Assembly (NCBI RefSeq): GCF_001194135.2
Contig: NC_068986.1
Span: forward strand, 30,803,624-30,867,623
Length of the DNA: 64,000 nt
DNA from: Octopus bimaculoides
Taxonomy: Eukaryota
Reading direction: 5' to 3'
Position 1 is the first letter of the stretch. Each line of letters begins with the position of its first letter. Under the pieces are notes generated by a model that saw only the letters and a list, made by a program, of their open reading frames with translations, was not told the origin of the DNA and searched no databases. Positions 39,703 to 52,145 of this stretch are shown here, one piece after another. A program made the translations under genes and the position numbers.

Positions 39703-40576
39703 ATTTAAAAAATTTTAATTTAGAACTTTGTGATGGGAGTTTTAAAAGTTATCAATGATTCTGTGAAATGGTTGGTGATATGAGATATTTACTGAAACTT
39801 GCTCAATATAGTTGCTTTCCCTGCTAGAAATAGTAGTCAAATCTCCTTTAAATCATATTCTACAATTTTACTGCAAGGATACATTGGACAATATAAGTCT
39901 GGATGTACAAAAAAATGAGGTTTTCAAAGCAGGAATGCTTTTGATCATAAGTTCTGCTTGTTAAGTCTGTACTGAGGTTATAAAAACAAATTTGTGACAG
40001 GAGTCTGCTACACAACTTCATTTTCACACACTAGCTAGTTAGAAATACCATTCTGTATTGATAGATGAATGAAGATGGAGTTAATAAAAAATATATGAAT
40101 TGGTTCTGGTGTCTGGCAGTAAATAATGAACTGGAAAAGAACGTTGAGTAAATATGAATTTGATGTTTAATTTAATTGAGCATGAATGAAATAGCCAGCC
40201 AAACATCATTGTTGGCAGGGGTTGGGGTGATGCCTTCAACAGATGCTTATATGGTAATTGGTATTAACCCTTGAAACAACTATTACCCCTGTAATTCTTT
40301 ACAGAACATCCTACAAAATATTCTGTAGAGTAAAACTGGTTCTAGTTTTGATAATTTGAGGAGTAAAATTATAAGCCTCATTGTTGTTAGGTTGTTATTG
40401 TTTAGCTCGAAAACAGGGTTGACTGAGCAGACTTATGATCAAAGACATGCTGGCCATGACCATCCTGTCATTTTCTTAGGCATTGCATAAATGTGTCTGT
40501 TTCTTTTCAAGTTGGTAGGGTGTCATTTTAGAAAGATTTGGCTGTTATTTCTAGCAATTCAATTGATCATGTAAAA

Positions 40577-40904
40577 CAGTGGTTCTCAACTGTGGTCCAT
40601 ATAAGACTTTTGGGGGTCCTCACAACAAAATAATAAATTAGGGATCCACAATAGTATTTTAAGGGCCCCTGAAAAAATTTCGATTTAGATGTATGTATTG
40701 GTATTTATTGCAAGAAACAGCTAGGTTTCTTTCTCTAACATTTTACATAGTTTAACTTACACAAGTTTGTGTGAATAACAAAATAGGAATTTTGAAAGAA
40801 GTTTCTATAAAACCAATTTTTCAACATCAAATGGCTATTGGGGCATACCAGAATAAAATAGTAATCAAAGGGATCCATAGATAAAAAATGGTTGAGAACT
40901 CGTG
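40577..40904. mobile_element. hAT (Charlie-like) MITE nested in a family E repeat
   Basis: TIRs CAGTGGTTCTCAAC (40577-90) and GTTGAGAACTCGTG (40891-904); 8-bp TSD-like flanks ATGTAAAA and ATGTGAAG (6/8 identical). Confidence 0.75.
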
Positions 40905-41617
40905 ATGTGAAGGCTCTCATTTGCTCATCATGTGTGTAAATAAATAGTAATAAGTCTCATAAATCCAAAATACTGTTGGGACTATGGAAAAGTAGGACAA
41001 GTTGTCCTCAGAGCTGAGTCCTCATCTAAAATTAAATATTGTGATATACCAAAAATGTATGACTAAATATTATAGATCAGATGTTTCATATTGAAGTGGA
41101 CTGGACCTCTTCCTGGTAACTATTTTACAAGTGTGTGAATTGGCCTTCAAAGTTGCAGCACTTTTCCTACAAACAATGCAACTATGATAGGAGACGAACT
41201 CCTATAATAGTAGTCCAACACCCAATTGCCTTGGTCAGTTGAAAAAAAATATAAAATAACTGTTTTTTGAATACACTCTAAACACTGCTAATCATTTGTT
41301 GTTTTGCCAGGGTGATGCCATTCAGTACTTTCATTGATTCTGTTGACTTTAAAGAGCATTAACTAATTCTATTTCCAAAATTTTGGCATCTTTTGTTGTT
41401 TCCTTATCAGGTACCTTTAAAATTAGTTTCAAGCACATTTTCCCTCTTTTTAGATAAGAAAATAGCACCAACTTGTCTTTTAAGTCTGTAATCCTTTATT
41501 AAAGCTATGAATCTTAAACTGAACTGGCTATAGAAAGTAAACAATTTTTTTGTTGTCTCATGTTAAAAATTCCTAAAATTTAATTTCTTCCTGCTATCTT
41601 ACTACTCAGAGTTGTTG

Positions 41618-41649
<32 letters not shown>

Positions 41650-42295
41650 GTCTTTTAAAGAATCTAAACAACCCCTTTTCAAGTAGCGAAATGTTCTAAA
41701 GATTGAATAAAATATAAACATTTTTGAAGATATGGAGGGAAGGTTTTTTTTAAAAAATTATTTCAAGATTGATAGTTATTTTTAAAAATCTTTATTAAAT
41801 TTCCTAAATTAATGTGCAATAAGTTTATCTTTATTGGAAGAACTGTGGAAAATAATTTCTAAAATATAGATGTTTTAATCATGGTATGTTGTGTAAGCTA
41901 TGTGACATAGCAGTAAATTCAAAGCAAAATCAGAGTTCTATTAAACTTTACTAAACATCTTTGTGAAAAGCATGAGAATAGGAGAATGTCTATGTGGAGA
42001 ATAGGAAATTATCATGATTTCCTATCCTCCTTCCTTTAAAACCTTAAGATTTCATACTAATTAAGAAATTGCTATTCTCATCATTAGCTCTCATGTGTTG
42101 TGAATTATTACCCAACTCTAGGCAGCATTATGTTTCTGTCCAAGATACTTTAATCATAGTAACATCAATTTTACTAAGCATTCTTGTTCCCTCCATATTT
42201 CTGGTCAGTGAAGTGTAATGATCTCCATCAGTCATCTTAAAAACCTCTGTTTGTAATATGTGACATATATTGATGTCTGTGAGGAATTCTTTATA

Positions 42296-42453
42296 GTGTG
42301 GCTGTGTGGTAAGAAGTTTGTTTCCCAGCTGCGTGATTTTAGTTTTAGTCCCAGCTGTGTGGCATGCTGGGCAAGTATTTTCTCCTATAGTCTCAGGCCA
42401 ACCAAGGTTTTTTTGAATAGACTTAGTAGGCAAAAACTGAAAGAAGCCCATTT

Positions 42454-42541
<88 letters not shown>

Positions 42542-42780
42542 CCTCTTTGCCTTGACATTGCTTGATAGTTGTAAATGAGTGTCGCTGTCATGCAAGCAGT
42601 GTCTTTCATTTCCAATCTTCCATTGAAACATGTCTGGTCGTTAGGAAATATTACCTTATTTGGAAATAGATGAGGTTTGGTGATAGGAAGGGTATCCACC
42701 TGTAGAAAAATTCTCCTCAGCTAATTCTGAACAACCCATGCGAGGATGGAAAAGTGGACATTAAAGCAACAATGATAATG
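42296..42780 (+). mobile_element. Full-length SINE A head, (GT)n, unique middle and RTE-derived tail
   Basis: Ends GGAAGGGTATCCACCTGTAGAAA...CCCATGCGAGGATGGAAAAGTGGACATTAAA, homologous to the RTE UTR end at 33118-33240. Confidence 0.8.
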
Positions 42781-43149
42781 GAACATGATAGGTTAAAATT
42801 GACCTTACCCACTTCAGGAATCTTTACAACAGCATTTGTCTGTTGGCAAGAATAGGTTTCAAGGATGAATTAAGAAACCCTTTGGGAACAGATTGGGATG
42901 ACATTTGAGTGTTGTTGCTGCTGTTTGTAATAAGTCTAATTATTCTCTATGATGTCTGGTGGAAATATCTTAAATAAGCAAATTGTCTTGTTTCTGGTAA
43001 AATGTCAGCTGCAGAGAAAATGATTTTCTTCAGAAAAATACTATAACTGGAAAACAATTATTCCTTTTCTTGTTTTTAACTAAAATATAATTTTGACTTT
43101 GTTATTTGATACTGGCACTACTGGAATATAGTTCTAACAAGAATTATGC

Positions 43150-43330
43150 AACAGCTCTATATAATGGTTTCAAATTTTGGTACAAGGCCAGCAATTTCGG
43201 GGGATGGGATTAGTTGATTACTTTGGCCCCATTATTCAACTGGTACTTATTTTATCGATCTCAAATAGATGAAAAACAAAGTTCAGCTTGACAGAATTTA
43301 AACTCAGAACAAAGATGGACGAAATGCCTC
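43150..43330 (-). mobile_element. Old SINE B copy
   Basis: TTTCAAATTTTGGTACAAGGCCAGC...CAACTGGTACTTATTTTATCGATC...GAAATGCC is the reverse of the family B body. Confidence 0.65.
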
Positions 43331-44540
43331 TATTTTAAAGTTTCGACTGTAAATGATAACTCTTGGTAAGCTAGTAAGCCAGTTATTTACTTGGGTTTTT
43401 TTCTTTAATGATTTAATAGGTTTCCTTTGGAGTTATTGCATATTACGTTAAGTATTTTTTAAACTTGTGATTATCATGCTTTTGGAATCGGTTTATAGGT
43501 AGATATCTAATGCTGTTTATTTAACTTGCTTCGTTAAGAATTAATCGTGTGTAATTATTATTTGGCATTTTAAATGGCTCATCACTTCTTTTCGGTAAGG
43601 CAACTTATGCTGTTATTTTGATCAAATTATAGCATAATTATTAATGTATGGTAAACACCTCAGGAGCCAATTGTCTGAGATGGAATTATTTTTTATAGCT
43701 TTTAGGCTTCATGAAACAATCTATGCTACAAGTTTTATTTATTTATTCATTATTAAAGAAAACAACCTTGCAGAATTTAGATGATTACTGCTCTTGTTTC
43801 ATTGTCATTTTATTCCTGTTTTCCATGCTGGCATGGGTTGGACAGGTCACCGCAGTCAAAGCCAGTTTTTATTCAACATTAGTGTCTTCATGCATAAGAC
43901 TACCACATCTTGTGTGTGTGTTTTTAATGGTTTCTATGGATGGATGCTCTTCCTAACACACTTATTTATTCCCAAATTATCACTGGTTTTAATTGTTGGT
44001 TTCGTTGTCTATTAAAATTGCAATTATCAAGAAATTCAGAATTAGTGTGTTTTGTACTTATGGAATTTCTGAATCATTGGAAGTATTCAGAACCAAAATT
44101 GTGCTTAATTAGTTAAATGACAGTGCGCAATTTACGAGGTCTTTATTTTTAATGCTTTTTTCCTACCAGATGAAGGTATTTCAGAACAAAGCTGATTTTG
44201 CTTTTTGACTTCTTGTATTAACTAAATTGCAAACATTGCTTTAATTAAACCTATTTTCTGAAATTAAAGCAGAAAAAAATACTTCACTTTAAATTATAGA
44301 TTTCAATAAATTAAGATTTTATTTTATTCTAGTTTTGAAATTTCCTGAAGCAAGGTTATACAATTACTAAATTAATAAAACATTTCTTTGCCTGTTATAG
44401 AGTAGGCCACTGAGTGTTCAAACATGTAGTTACTCACCTTTACCTCAGTACAAGTTCTGCATTTTGCTCAATTTGTATTGAGCAGATTAATTTTGTAGGT
44501 AGTTTGTCCTGATATAACTTAGCAGTTCAGAGTCTGTGAA

Positions 44541-44985
44541 TCATCATCATTTAATGTCCGTTTTCCATGCTGGCATGGGTTGGATGGTTTGACTGAGGAC
44601 TGGCTGCACCAGGCTCCAAGCCAGTTGGCTGCACCAGGCTCCAAGCCAGTTGGCTGCACCAGGCTCCAATCTGATCTGGCAAGGTTTCTACAGCTGGATA
44701 CCCTTCCTAATTCCAACCACTCTGAGTGTAGTGAGTGCTTTTAATGTGCCACCGGCACAAGAGCCAGTCAGCCAGCACTGGCATTGATGACGTTCGGATG
44801 GTGCTTTTTATGTGCCACCAGCACAGGAGTCAGCTGAGGGCACTGGCATTGACCATGTTTTGATGGTGCTTTTTACATTCCACCGGCATGGGGAGCCAGT
44901 CAGGCGGCACTGGCACTGACCCACACTTGAATGATGCTTATTACGTGCCACCAGTACTGGTATTGGCTACGACTACGATTTTAAT
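44541..44985 (-). mobile_element. RTE 3' UTR with four ~66-bp subrepeats and an extra 25-bp tandem triplication (44601-44669)
   Basis: Motif GTGCTTTT(T)AYGTGCC at 44735, 44801, 44866 and 44934; TGGCTGCACCAGGCTCCAAGCCAGT repeated 2.8 times. Confidence 0.88.
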
Positions 44986-45108
44986 TTTGATTTTACTTGA
45001 CTCAATAGGTCTTCTCAAGCACAGCATATCACTTGACGGTTCAAGGGTACCATTTGTAAATAGTATTGTAATGAGATATTTCATTGATCTAGGTTTACAG
45101 AATATCAC

Positions 45109-45175
<67 letters not shown>

Positions 45176-47775
45176 CAGGTTAAACACTCAAGTAAGTCTC
45201 TTCCAAGACTTGAGAACCATTCTATAGATGAAAGAAACCGATATAAATCACTATGTTTACTTAATTGGGTTTCTTTCAAATATGGATTAGCATGGTCATG
45301 GAAGATATATAATTTGAGTTTCAGAATGTAGCAGAGAGATAAAAGAGAAACTAGTTTCTATTTGCTATTTTATATAGTTACATTAGTTATGTATCTTTTG
45401 TTATCTGTATGATACATTGTGTGTAATCGACTCGTAACTTTAAAGTGAGTCTTTCCAGGAAATTTACATGAATGAAATTGTTACCCAATTTAATTGGGTA
45501 TCCTTCATCTGTTCCTTTTTAACCCTTTGAAGTCTACTTGGAAATGTTTTTGATTAGCTGCAGGTCAGCCTAACAGAGGTGAGCAGTGATCAAAGACACT
45601 CCATCCATGACTTTCTCATATTTCTTCTATAGCGTATTTAGAATTACAATATATGATATATACTTCCTTTTTTTTAAAATGATAGGATGTAATTTCATGG
45701 GGATTCTAGACAAGTAGCTGAAAGGAGTTTCTTTTGTTAACTTAACATTAAGTTTATACAGATGGTAGAAGGCTATATTGAATGATTTGTTCACTTTTTG
45801 TTTCTTAATTTTTACTTTATGACTCAGAGTCCATAACCTATTTTATCAAACATCAACTCTATCCTATGTATTACATAAAAAGAGCTTTGTTTGTAGAGCA
45901 GGCTTTTTTTTCATTTACACTTCAATAAGCAACAGCGCCACATAGGACTTGCATTCCTTTGAGGACTGATAAAATACCCAGTTCTGATAAAACTAATATT
46001 TTCATAAAATTGTTTGAAAAACCTGGTGAATCAGAACCCCCTTTTCCATGCTGGCAGGGATTGGACAGATCTTACAGTATCTTATTGCTCATCACAGTCC
46101 TTTGTCATCTACCACACATGGAAAGAGAAAACTGCACATCTTTGTTGCACTTGAGCAGTTGTCTGCAACTGAGTCAAAGAGTCTCTTCTACGCTTTGTTT
46201 GTGTCTTCCTTCTTGGCACAGTTTTTTTTACAGCATGGGCCAAGTACATTTTATCATACTACTGCCACTAAAGAGGTTGTCTCCTACAAGGTTAAAATGT
46301 CTTCCTTATCCTTCATTGCCTTTAAAAAAAAAAACATGAATACAAATGTAGTCCTAGAAATGGTTTGTGCCAGTAATAATTAGCCATCCCTCTGCACTGT
46401 AGTGGAACTTAGTTTTTGGACCCATGTTCTTTGTCTGAGAATGAGGAAGAGAGAGACACTGTTAGTGTAAAATCAAAGAGCAAATACTTGGAATGTTAGA
46501 TTTATAAATCATCATCGTTATCATATGTTTGCTTTCCATGCTGTCATGGATTGGGCTGGTCATTTCTGTTCTCCATTATGGGCCAAGATTCATTTCTGGT
46601 CTAGTTTCTATGGCTAGATGCCTTTTCTAGTATTAATCTCTTTACAGAGTGCACTGGGTGTATTTTTTTGTGGCACCATTGTAATGAAGGTTGTTAGGTT
46701 CTTAAACAAGACCAAAGGGTTTTCACATCCCTCAGCAGAGTAAAGTGGGTATCTTTTATTGTGGCACCAATACTAAAGAGATTAGGGATGAGAGAATGAT
46801 GGATAGCAAGAGGTGGATTTATAGTGTGAGTGAGTGATGGATGTTAATACCAAATGGCCAGTGGGAATATAGCTAGAGTACATGAGGTACATGCAGTTCT
46901 GGTGTGGACACTTAAGTATATACCTCAAAATCAAGAGTTAGGATAATGAGGATGAGAGAGAGAGACGAGCAGATTGTAGGTGAAAGAGAAGGGTGATGTT
47001 GGAGATGTCACACAATCAAAATCTCCCCTCAAAATTTTCTGGCCCTGTACCAAAATTTGAAATCATTGTTGTTGTTGTTCTTCTTCTAACAGAATCTAGT
47101 TATGGTTGCCTACTAATATTAATAATATATGGTACCAATTAATATATGGCATCTCATGCATGGTATTGGCTGCTGTGAATCCGATATTAAATCCTATACT
47201 GATAAGCAAGGGGAAAAACTGGAGTGCTGTCAAGCTTATATCATTCTGAAGCTTTTTGAGCAATATAAGTGATGAGAAATGGCCCTCAACTGGGAATTGA
47301 AACTAGATTGTATATTCAACTCGCCAAGATTTTACCTCTTGATCTGCTCTGCTTGCCACAGCTGATGTATATTAACGAGACAGAGTTTAGTTTTAATGTA
47401 TTTTTAAGCTGGTAGACATATGCGGTTCGTTTTATTTTGTCTCACTTTTCTTTAAAGCAATTTTCACTTATCTTTTTTATTTGCAAATGTAAACTTTTTT
47501 TGTATTGGACTGGAAGAATGTATTAAGTCCTTAGTATAGTAGAAGTCCTTCATCAGATTTCAGATTCCTATTTTATCTTTTAGCTGCTAATGTGGAGTAA
47601 AAAAAATAAAACTACGCAAAAAATAAAAACCCCAACTAAATATGAGGTGTTTTACAAACTCTCATTCTGTCCTTTCCCCTTCAGTTTTTGTGACAAAAGT
47701 ATGTTTGTATGTCACAGGTCAAGATGTGAGCAGTTATGTAGGAAGTTGTTTGAAAAGCACTCTCTCTTTCTTTGC

Positions 47776-47813
<38 letters not shown>

Positions 47814-48029
47814 CAAGATTAGAATAATAAGATATAAACATTACTGTTCTAATTTCCATTGTATATATGGTAAGAAAATTGTGGAAAAGTAAAAATTGAA
47901 AACATATTTTGGTAACACGTCTCAGTAATATCCATATTTAGTTAAGGTTTGAATGGACTGGTGGATACACACTTACATGTAGTTTGGTTTAAATGTTTTT
48001 GTGTTGGTTTGATCTTTTTTTTTTCTTTT

Positions 48030-48400
48030 CTAAAGTGGAGGCGTTGGTGGGAGAAGGCTAATTGGATGAGGTGACTACTGAGTTTGAACTGATGCAATGT
48101 TGTGATTGGTGGGAAAATGAGGATGTGAATGGATGTCATAAAAGGGTAGCTTATGGGAAAAGGGAATTGGGGGGAACTGTGTAATATGGTGGTGTGGATT
48201 TTAAACAGAAAATTAGTAGAGATGTGTGGAAGAGAAAAGGCAAAATGTATTAAGTGAAGTCTTGGTGGTAGTGATGGGGGTATAGCGTAAAAAAAAAATG
48301 CTGCAGAGATTGTTGTAGTAGCAGAGAGAGAGAGAGAGAGAGAGATTATTTGGTGGTGGTTGAAATGCTATTAGTGATTTGTGGTAAGATATCAATCAGC
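48030..48400 (-). mobile_element. CR1-like LINE 3' end relic (a weaker similar relic lies at ~24640-24815)
   Basis: Minus-strand translation SLCYYNNLCS...IFPPITTLHQFK resembles CR1 ORF2 C-terminal motifs (SLFYRYYNG.CS; FP..NL..FK). Confidence 0.5.
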
Positions 48401-48469
48401 TTTATAATGCATCTTTTTTTTTTTTAATGAAGTTAAAAAGTGATCTCCCTTAGTGGGACTTGGGACTGA

Positions 48470-48694
48470 TTAACCCTTTACAATTCAGTTTACTCTGTCA
48501 AATGTAATGCTTATTTATTCACATTGTTTTGAATTAATCTCGCATTATCTAATAGTGTTGAGATTTCAATGACGTGATTAATTTTTAGCATGACGTTGTA
48601 GGCCAGGTGTGAGAAGCTGGATTTTGCTAGTTTGAACATAAAACTGTTCAAAAACTTTGACCAGATATAGCCTGTTCAACTGCTAAAGTGTTAA
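48470..48694. mobile_element. piggyBac-like MITE family 2, reverse orientation, TTAA at both ends
   Basis: TTAA-CCCTTTA (48470) to GCTAAAGTG-TTAA (48694). Confidence 0.8.
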
Positions 48695-49744
48695 AGAGGA
48701 ATTACAAATGAAGGTGTTCCTAAAGAGGCATTAGATTTATTGGTACTCCTTTCAAGTCTTCTGCAGAGAATGTGACTAGCTGAGTTCAATAATGAATAGC
48801 AAAGATTGTTGGGTTTATCCTGTTACTGGCATTAAGTTGTATCTGTGATTCAAATAGCTGAAAGTAGGTATTGAAGGCTAGAAATAGCTTGCTGTTGTTG
48901 TTTGTTAGTGCTGGATTCCACTGGTTTCTTCTGGAGGTAAATAGGACTGGTCCTTCATTTATAAATTTCTTTCATTATGAAATCTCAAGTAATTGTTTAA
49001 ATCAGCTGACAATGAGTGGATTAATGCAAGAATATTGAGGTGGAGGGGATGAAATGAACTAAAAATGTTTGAGAATTACTGGTCCTGCAAGTTTTGGTAG
49101 TATTTATATATTTCCCCACTTCTTACAATGTTTCAGATTTTTAGAGAAGAATAATGGGAAGTTGTGACTGTCATGCTTCTCCCCTATTAAGTATATTGAA
49201 ACTTTCTGATAGACTTGGTTAACTGAGAACAGCAGTGTTCAACAACATTGGACTATAAAATGCTTTTTGCTTAGAAATGAAATTTTTTTTTTTTGCTTCG
49301 TTGTGTCTTGTTTATTACTGCTACTTATTTTAGAGACCCTGAAGGGATGACAGTGAAGGATGACTTATGTCACTAAAATAGAAATCAAAAACACTAAATA
49401 ACAAAGCAAGATTTTGTTTTCTACTAGCTTGAAATAATAAATACTTATTTCATAGTCAACAATCAATAATGATTAGGGAAAATAAGTCCTGTCTATTGCT
49501 GGCTGTAGTTTTGACTTGAGTCTTAAGAAAGGAACTAGAAGTTGCTTCACTGGGAATTGAGCTTGCTCCTATTGAATTTAGGTTGAAGAAGACACCAGGA
49601 TTAAACTCATTAGTATTTGCTTCATTAGTGTTTCAATGTCTTGAAACTCTGCCTCCATATATTGTATAGGTGTTCGATAAAATAAATGCTAGTGTCTGGT
49701 TGCCTATATCAGTACTCGATAAACCGTACACATAGCCATTTTAT

Positions 49745-49961
49745 CTTCTTTACCGTTTTATTTGTTCTGGCTATTGGACTGCAGCTATGCTGGGGCACCA
49801 ACTTAAAGGGTTTATTCAAATTGACCCTAATATTCTATTGTTTTTAAAGTCTGGTATTTATTCTGTTGGTCTCCTTTGTCAAACTGCTAAGTTACAAGAA
49901 CATAAAAACAAACCAGCACTGGTTGTCAAATGGTGGTGGGCAGGAGTTCACCCCCACCTGC

Positions 49962-50014
<53 letters not shown>

Positions 50015-50140
50015 TTTTCCATACAATTTCTGTCTACCAAATTCACTCACAAAGCTTTGGTTGACTTGGGGTCATAGTGGAAGACAGTTGCCCAATTCTA
50101 TATGGTTGCAAAGGGATCTTCTTTACCACACAGCCATATG
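49745..50140 (-). mobile_element. SINE A copy with internal (TA)n
   Basis: Colinear with 198-622. Confidence 0.75.
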
Positions 50141-50430
50141 GTTACCGATGAGATCATAACTTCATTGTATTGTACCCTGAGTAAAAGCTCTGAACAAAAA
50201 TGGTCAACATCTGTTTCACAGTTGAATGGTTATCAACAACAGGGAAGACATTTAAGTGAGAAAGCAGTTGCTCCAGAAAATATATACTCTTGCTCAAATA
50301 AGTATTGTGAAGATAGGTTTAACCTTTTTGATATGGACTTGCTTGAGACTGCTACTGCTTCTAACATACAAAATCTGGTTTTAAGCATTGTGCTTAATGT
50401 CATATTTAGATAGAAACATTTGACCGAAAA

Positions 50431-50661
50431 GGCGGCGAGCTGGCAGAAACGTTAGCACGCCAGGCGAAATGCTTAGCGGTATTTCGTCTGCTGCTACGTT
50501 CTGAGTTCAAATTCTGCCGAGGTCGACTTTGCCTTTCATCCTTTCGGGGTCGATAAATTAAGTACCACTTATGCACTGGGGTCGATGTGATCGACTTAAT
50601 CCCTTTGTCTGTCCTTGTTTGTCCCCTCTATGTTTAGCCCCTTATGGGCAATAAAGAAATA
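50431..50661 (+). mobile_element. Young SINE family B with 19-bp TSD (3 mismatches)
   Basis: TSD AGAAACATTTGACCGAAAA (50412-30) and AGAAACATCTGACCTAATA (50662-80). Body is close to 22870-23098. Confidence 0.9.
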
Positions 50662-51948
50662 AGAAACATCTGACCTAATAATGCAAGAAACATCAGCCTA
50701 ATAATGACAAAATTAATTTATTTTACTAAGTCCTGATGAATTGTTGGTTATTTTCAGGATTAATTGAAACACATTGGCAAATATATTTTAATAGAAATAT
50801 AGACCTTTTTTTTTTTTTTATTACAGCTTAAATAAAAGTTAGTAAAACATTGAGTTTAACTCCTCCTATCAAGTATGCTGAGTCAATAGCTCCAGCTAGA
50901 ATAACATTTGAGATGTAAAAATAATTTTGAAATGACTATCAGGTGTATTTTTAAGAGATTATGCCATTGAAATGGTTGTCTTTGATAAATTATTTCACTC
51001 ATTGACCCTCTCCTCCTGTCTAAAGTAAGTGTTTTCACACTAATGATGTCTAAACTGTATTAGAACCTTTGTAGCTAAGGACCACTTACATTACATTTAA
51101 AATGATGTTTGTCATGAGAAATATCTGAGCAGTATTTAATAGGTTATTTTTTTCTACTTCTAGTTTTAGTGGTTTCCTTTCAAATAAACAGCCGATTCTT
51201 TGGACTTTCAGGTTTTGCTGCCATTCTAATTTAGTTTATAACTATTTTCATGGTGGAACAAACTTTAACACTATGTTCATGTGTATGCATGTGGTTACTC
51301 CTTGTAATATCTGGTCATTGGATTTTCTATAGAAAATCTAATCATACATCCCCTTATGAAATGTTAAGATATTCTGTTGAGAGTTTGTAGTTTTTTACAA
51401 TGTGTTTTATTTGGGGTAGTGGTGGGGTGGAGAGTTTATTCTTCTTTATTTAAAAAGAAAATTTTTCTCTTCAATATATCTAACTAGTATGACAACATTG
51501 TTTACAGTTTCCATTTTTATTCAGAAAGTAACGTTAATACCAGAAATGCCTTGTTTACCAACAGTCTTCACACACACATGCTCCACATCCCCACACGCCA
51601 CACATGCACAGCACACAGAGAGTAAAGATCTCAAATCAGGATTCAAAAATTTGTTTTGAAATTTGTGAATGTGTATGATATGCAGTATAATTTACTATAA
51701 TAAACCAGTTCTTGAGCATGAAAAGCATTGTTTGAAGTATTCAGGAGAGCAAGGACATGAAATGCAAATAAATGCTACATATCTCATGAGTTTGATAATG
51801 AAAAGAGTCAGTCAGTCAGGTAAAAAAAGGAAGGCAGGAAAACAAGAAATTGAATGAGATCAAGTGATGGCAAAATTCTTCCAAACAAGCTCTCAGTTCA
51901 TAGGTTGTGAGTTAATTTTGCTCCAGGGTGATTGTATACATATAATAT

Positions 51949-52145
51949 ATGAGTATATGCATATATATGTACATGTATGTACATACCTTCATCTACATGT
52001 ACATATAGATGCATATCTGGGTACAGGACGTAGCAAAAAAAACCTGGACAAAATGATAAACAAGGTACGAAAAACACACAGGCCACATAGGGAACATATC
52101 TTTCATCAGCTGCCACCATTAAAACACTGGCATTTCGAAGAGTTA
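51949..52145. mobile_element. Unclassified dispersed repeat, family G (second copy 60671-60867)
   Basis: Two colinear copies: GATGCATATCTGGGTACAGGACG...GGACAAAATGATAAAC...TTTCATCAGCTGCCACCATT...TTTCGAAGAGTTA. Confidence 0.8.

Noticed and set aside
41386-41416. Second ratchet-like site TTCCTTATCAG|GTACCT in intron 2
   Set aside because: The acceptor is good but the donor lacks +4A/+5G, so it is much weaker than the 24361 site.
50733-50775. CTGATGA...GAAAC pair
   Set aside because: No stem II can form between the two words, so it is a chance co-occurrence.
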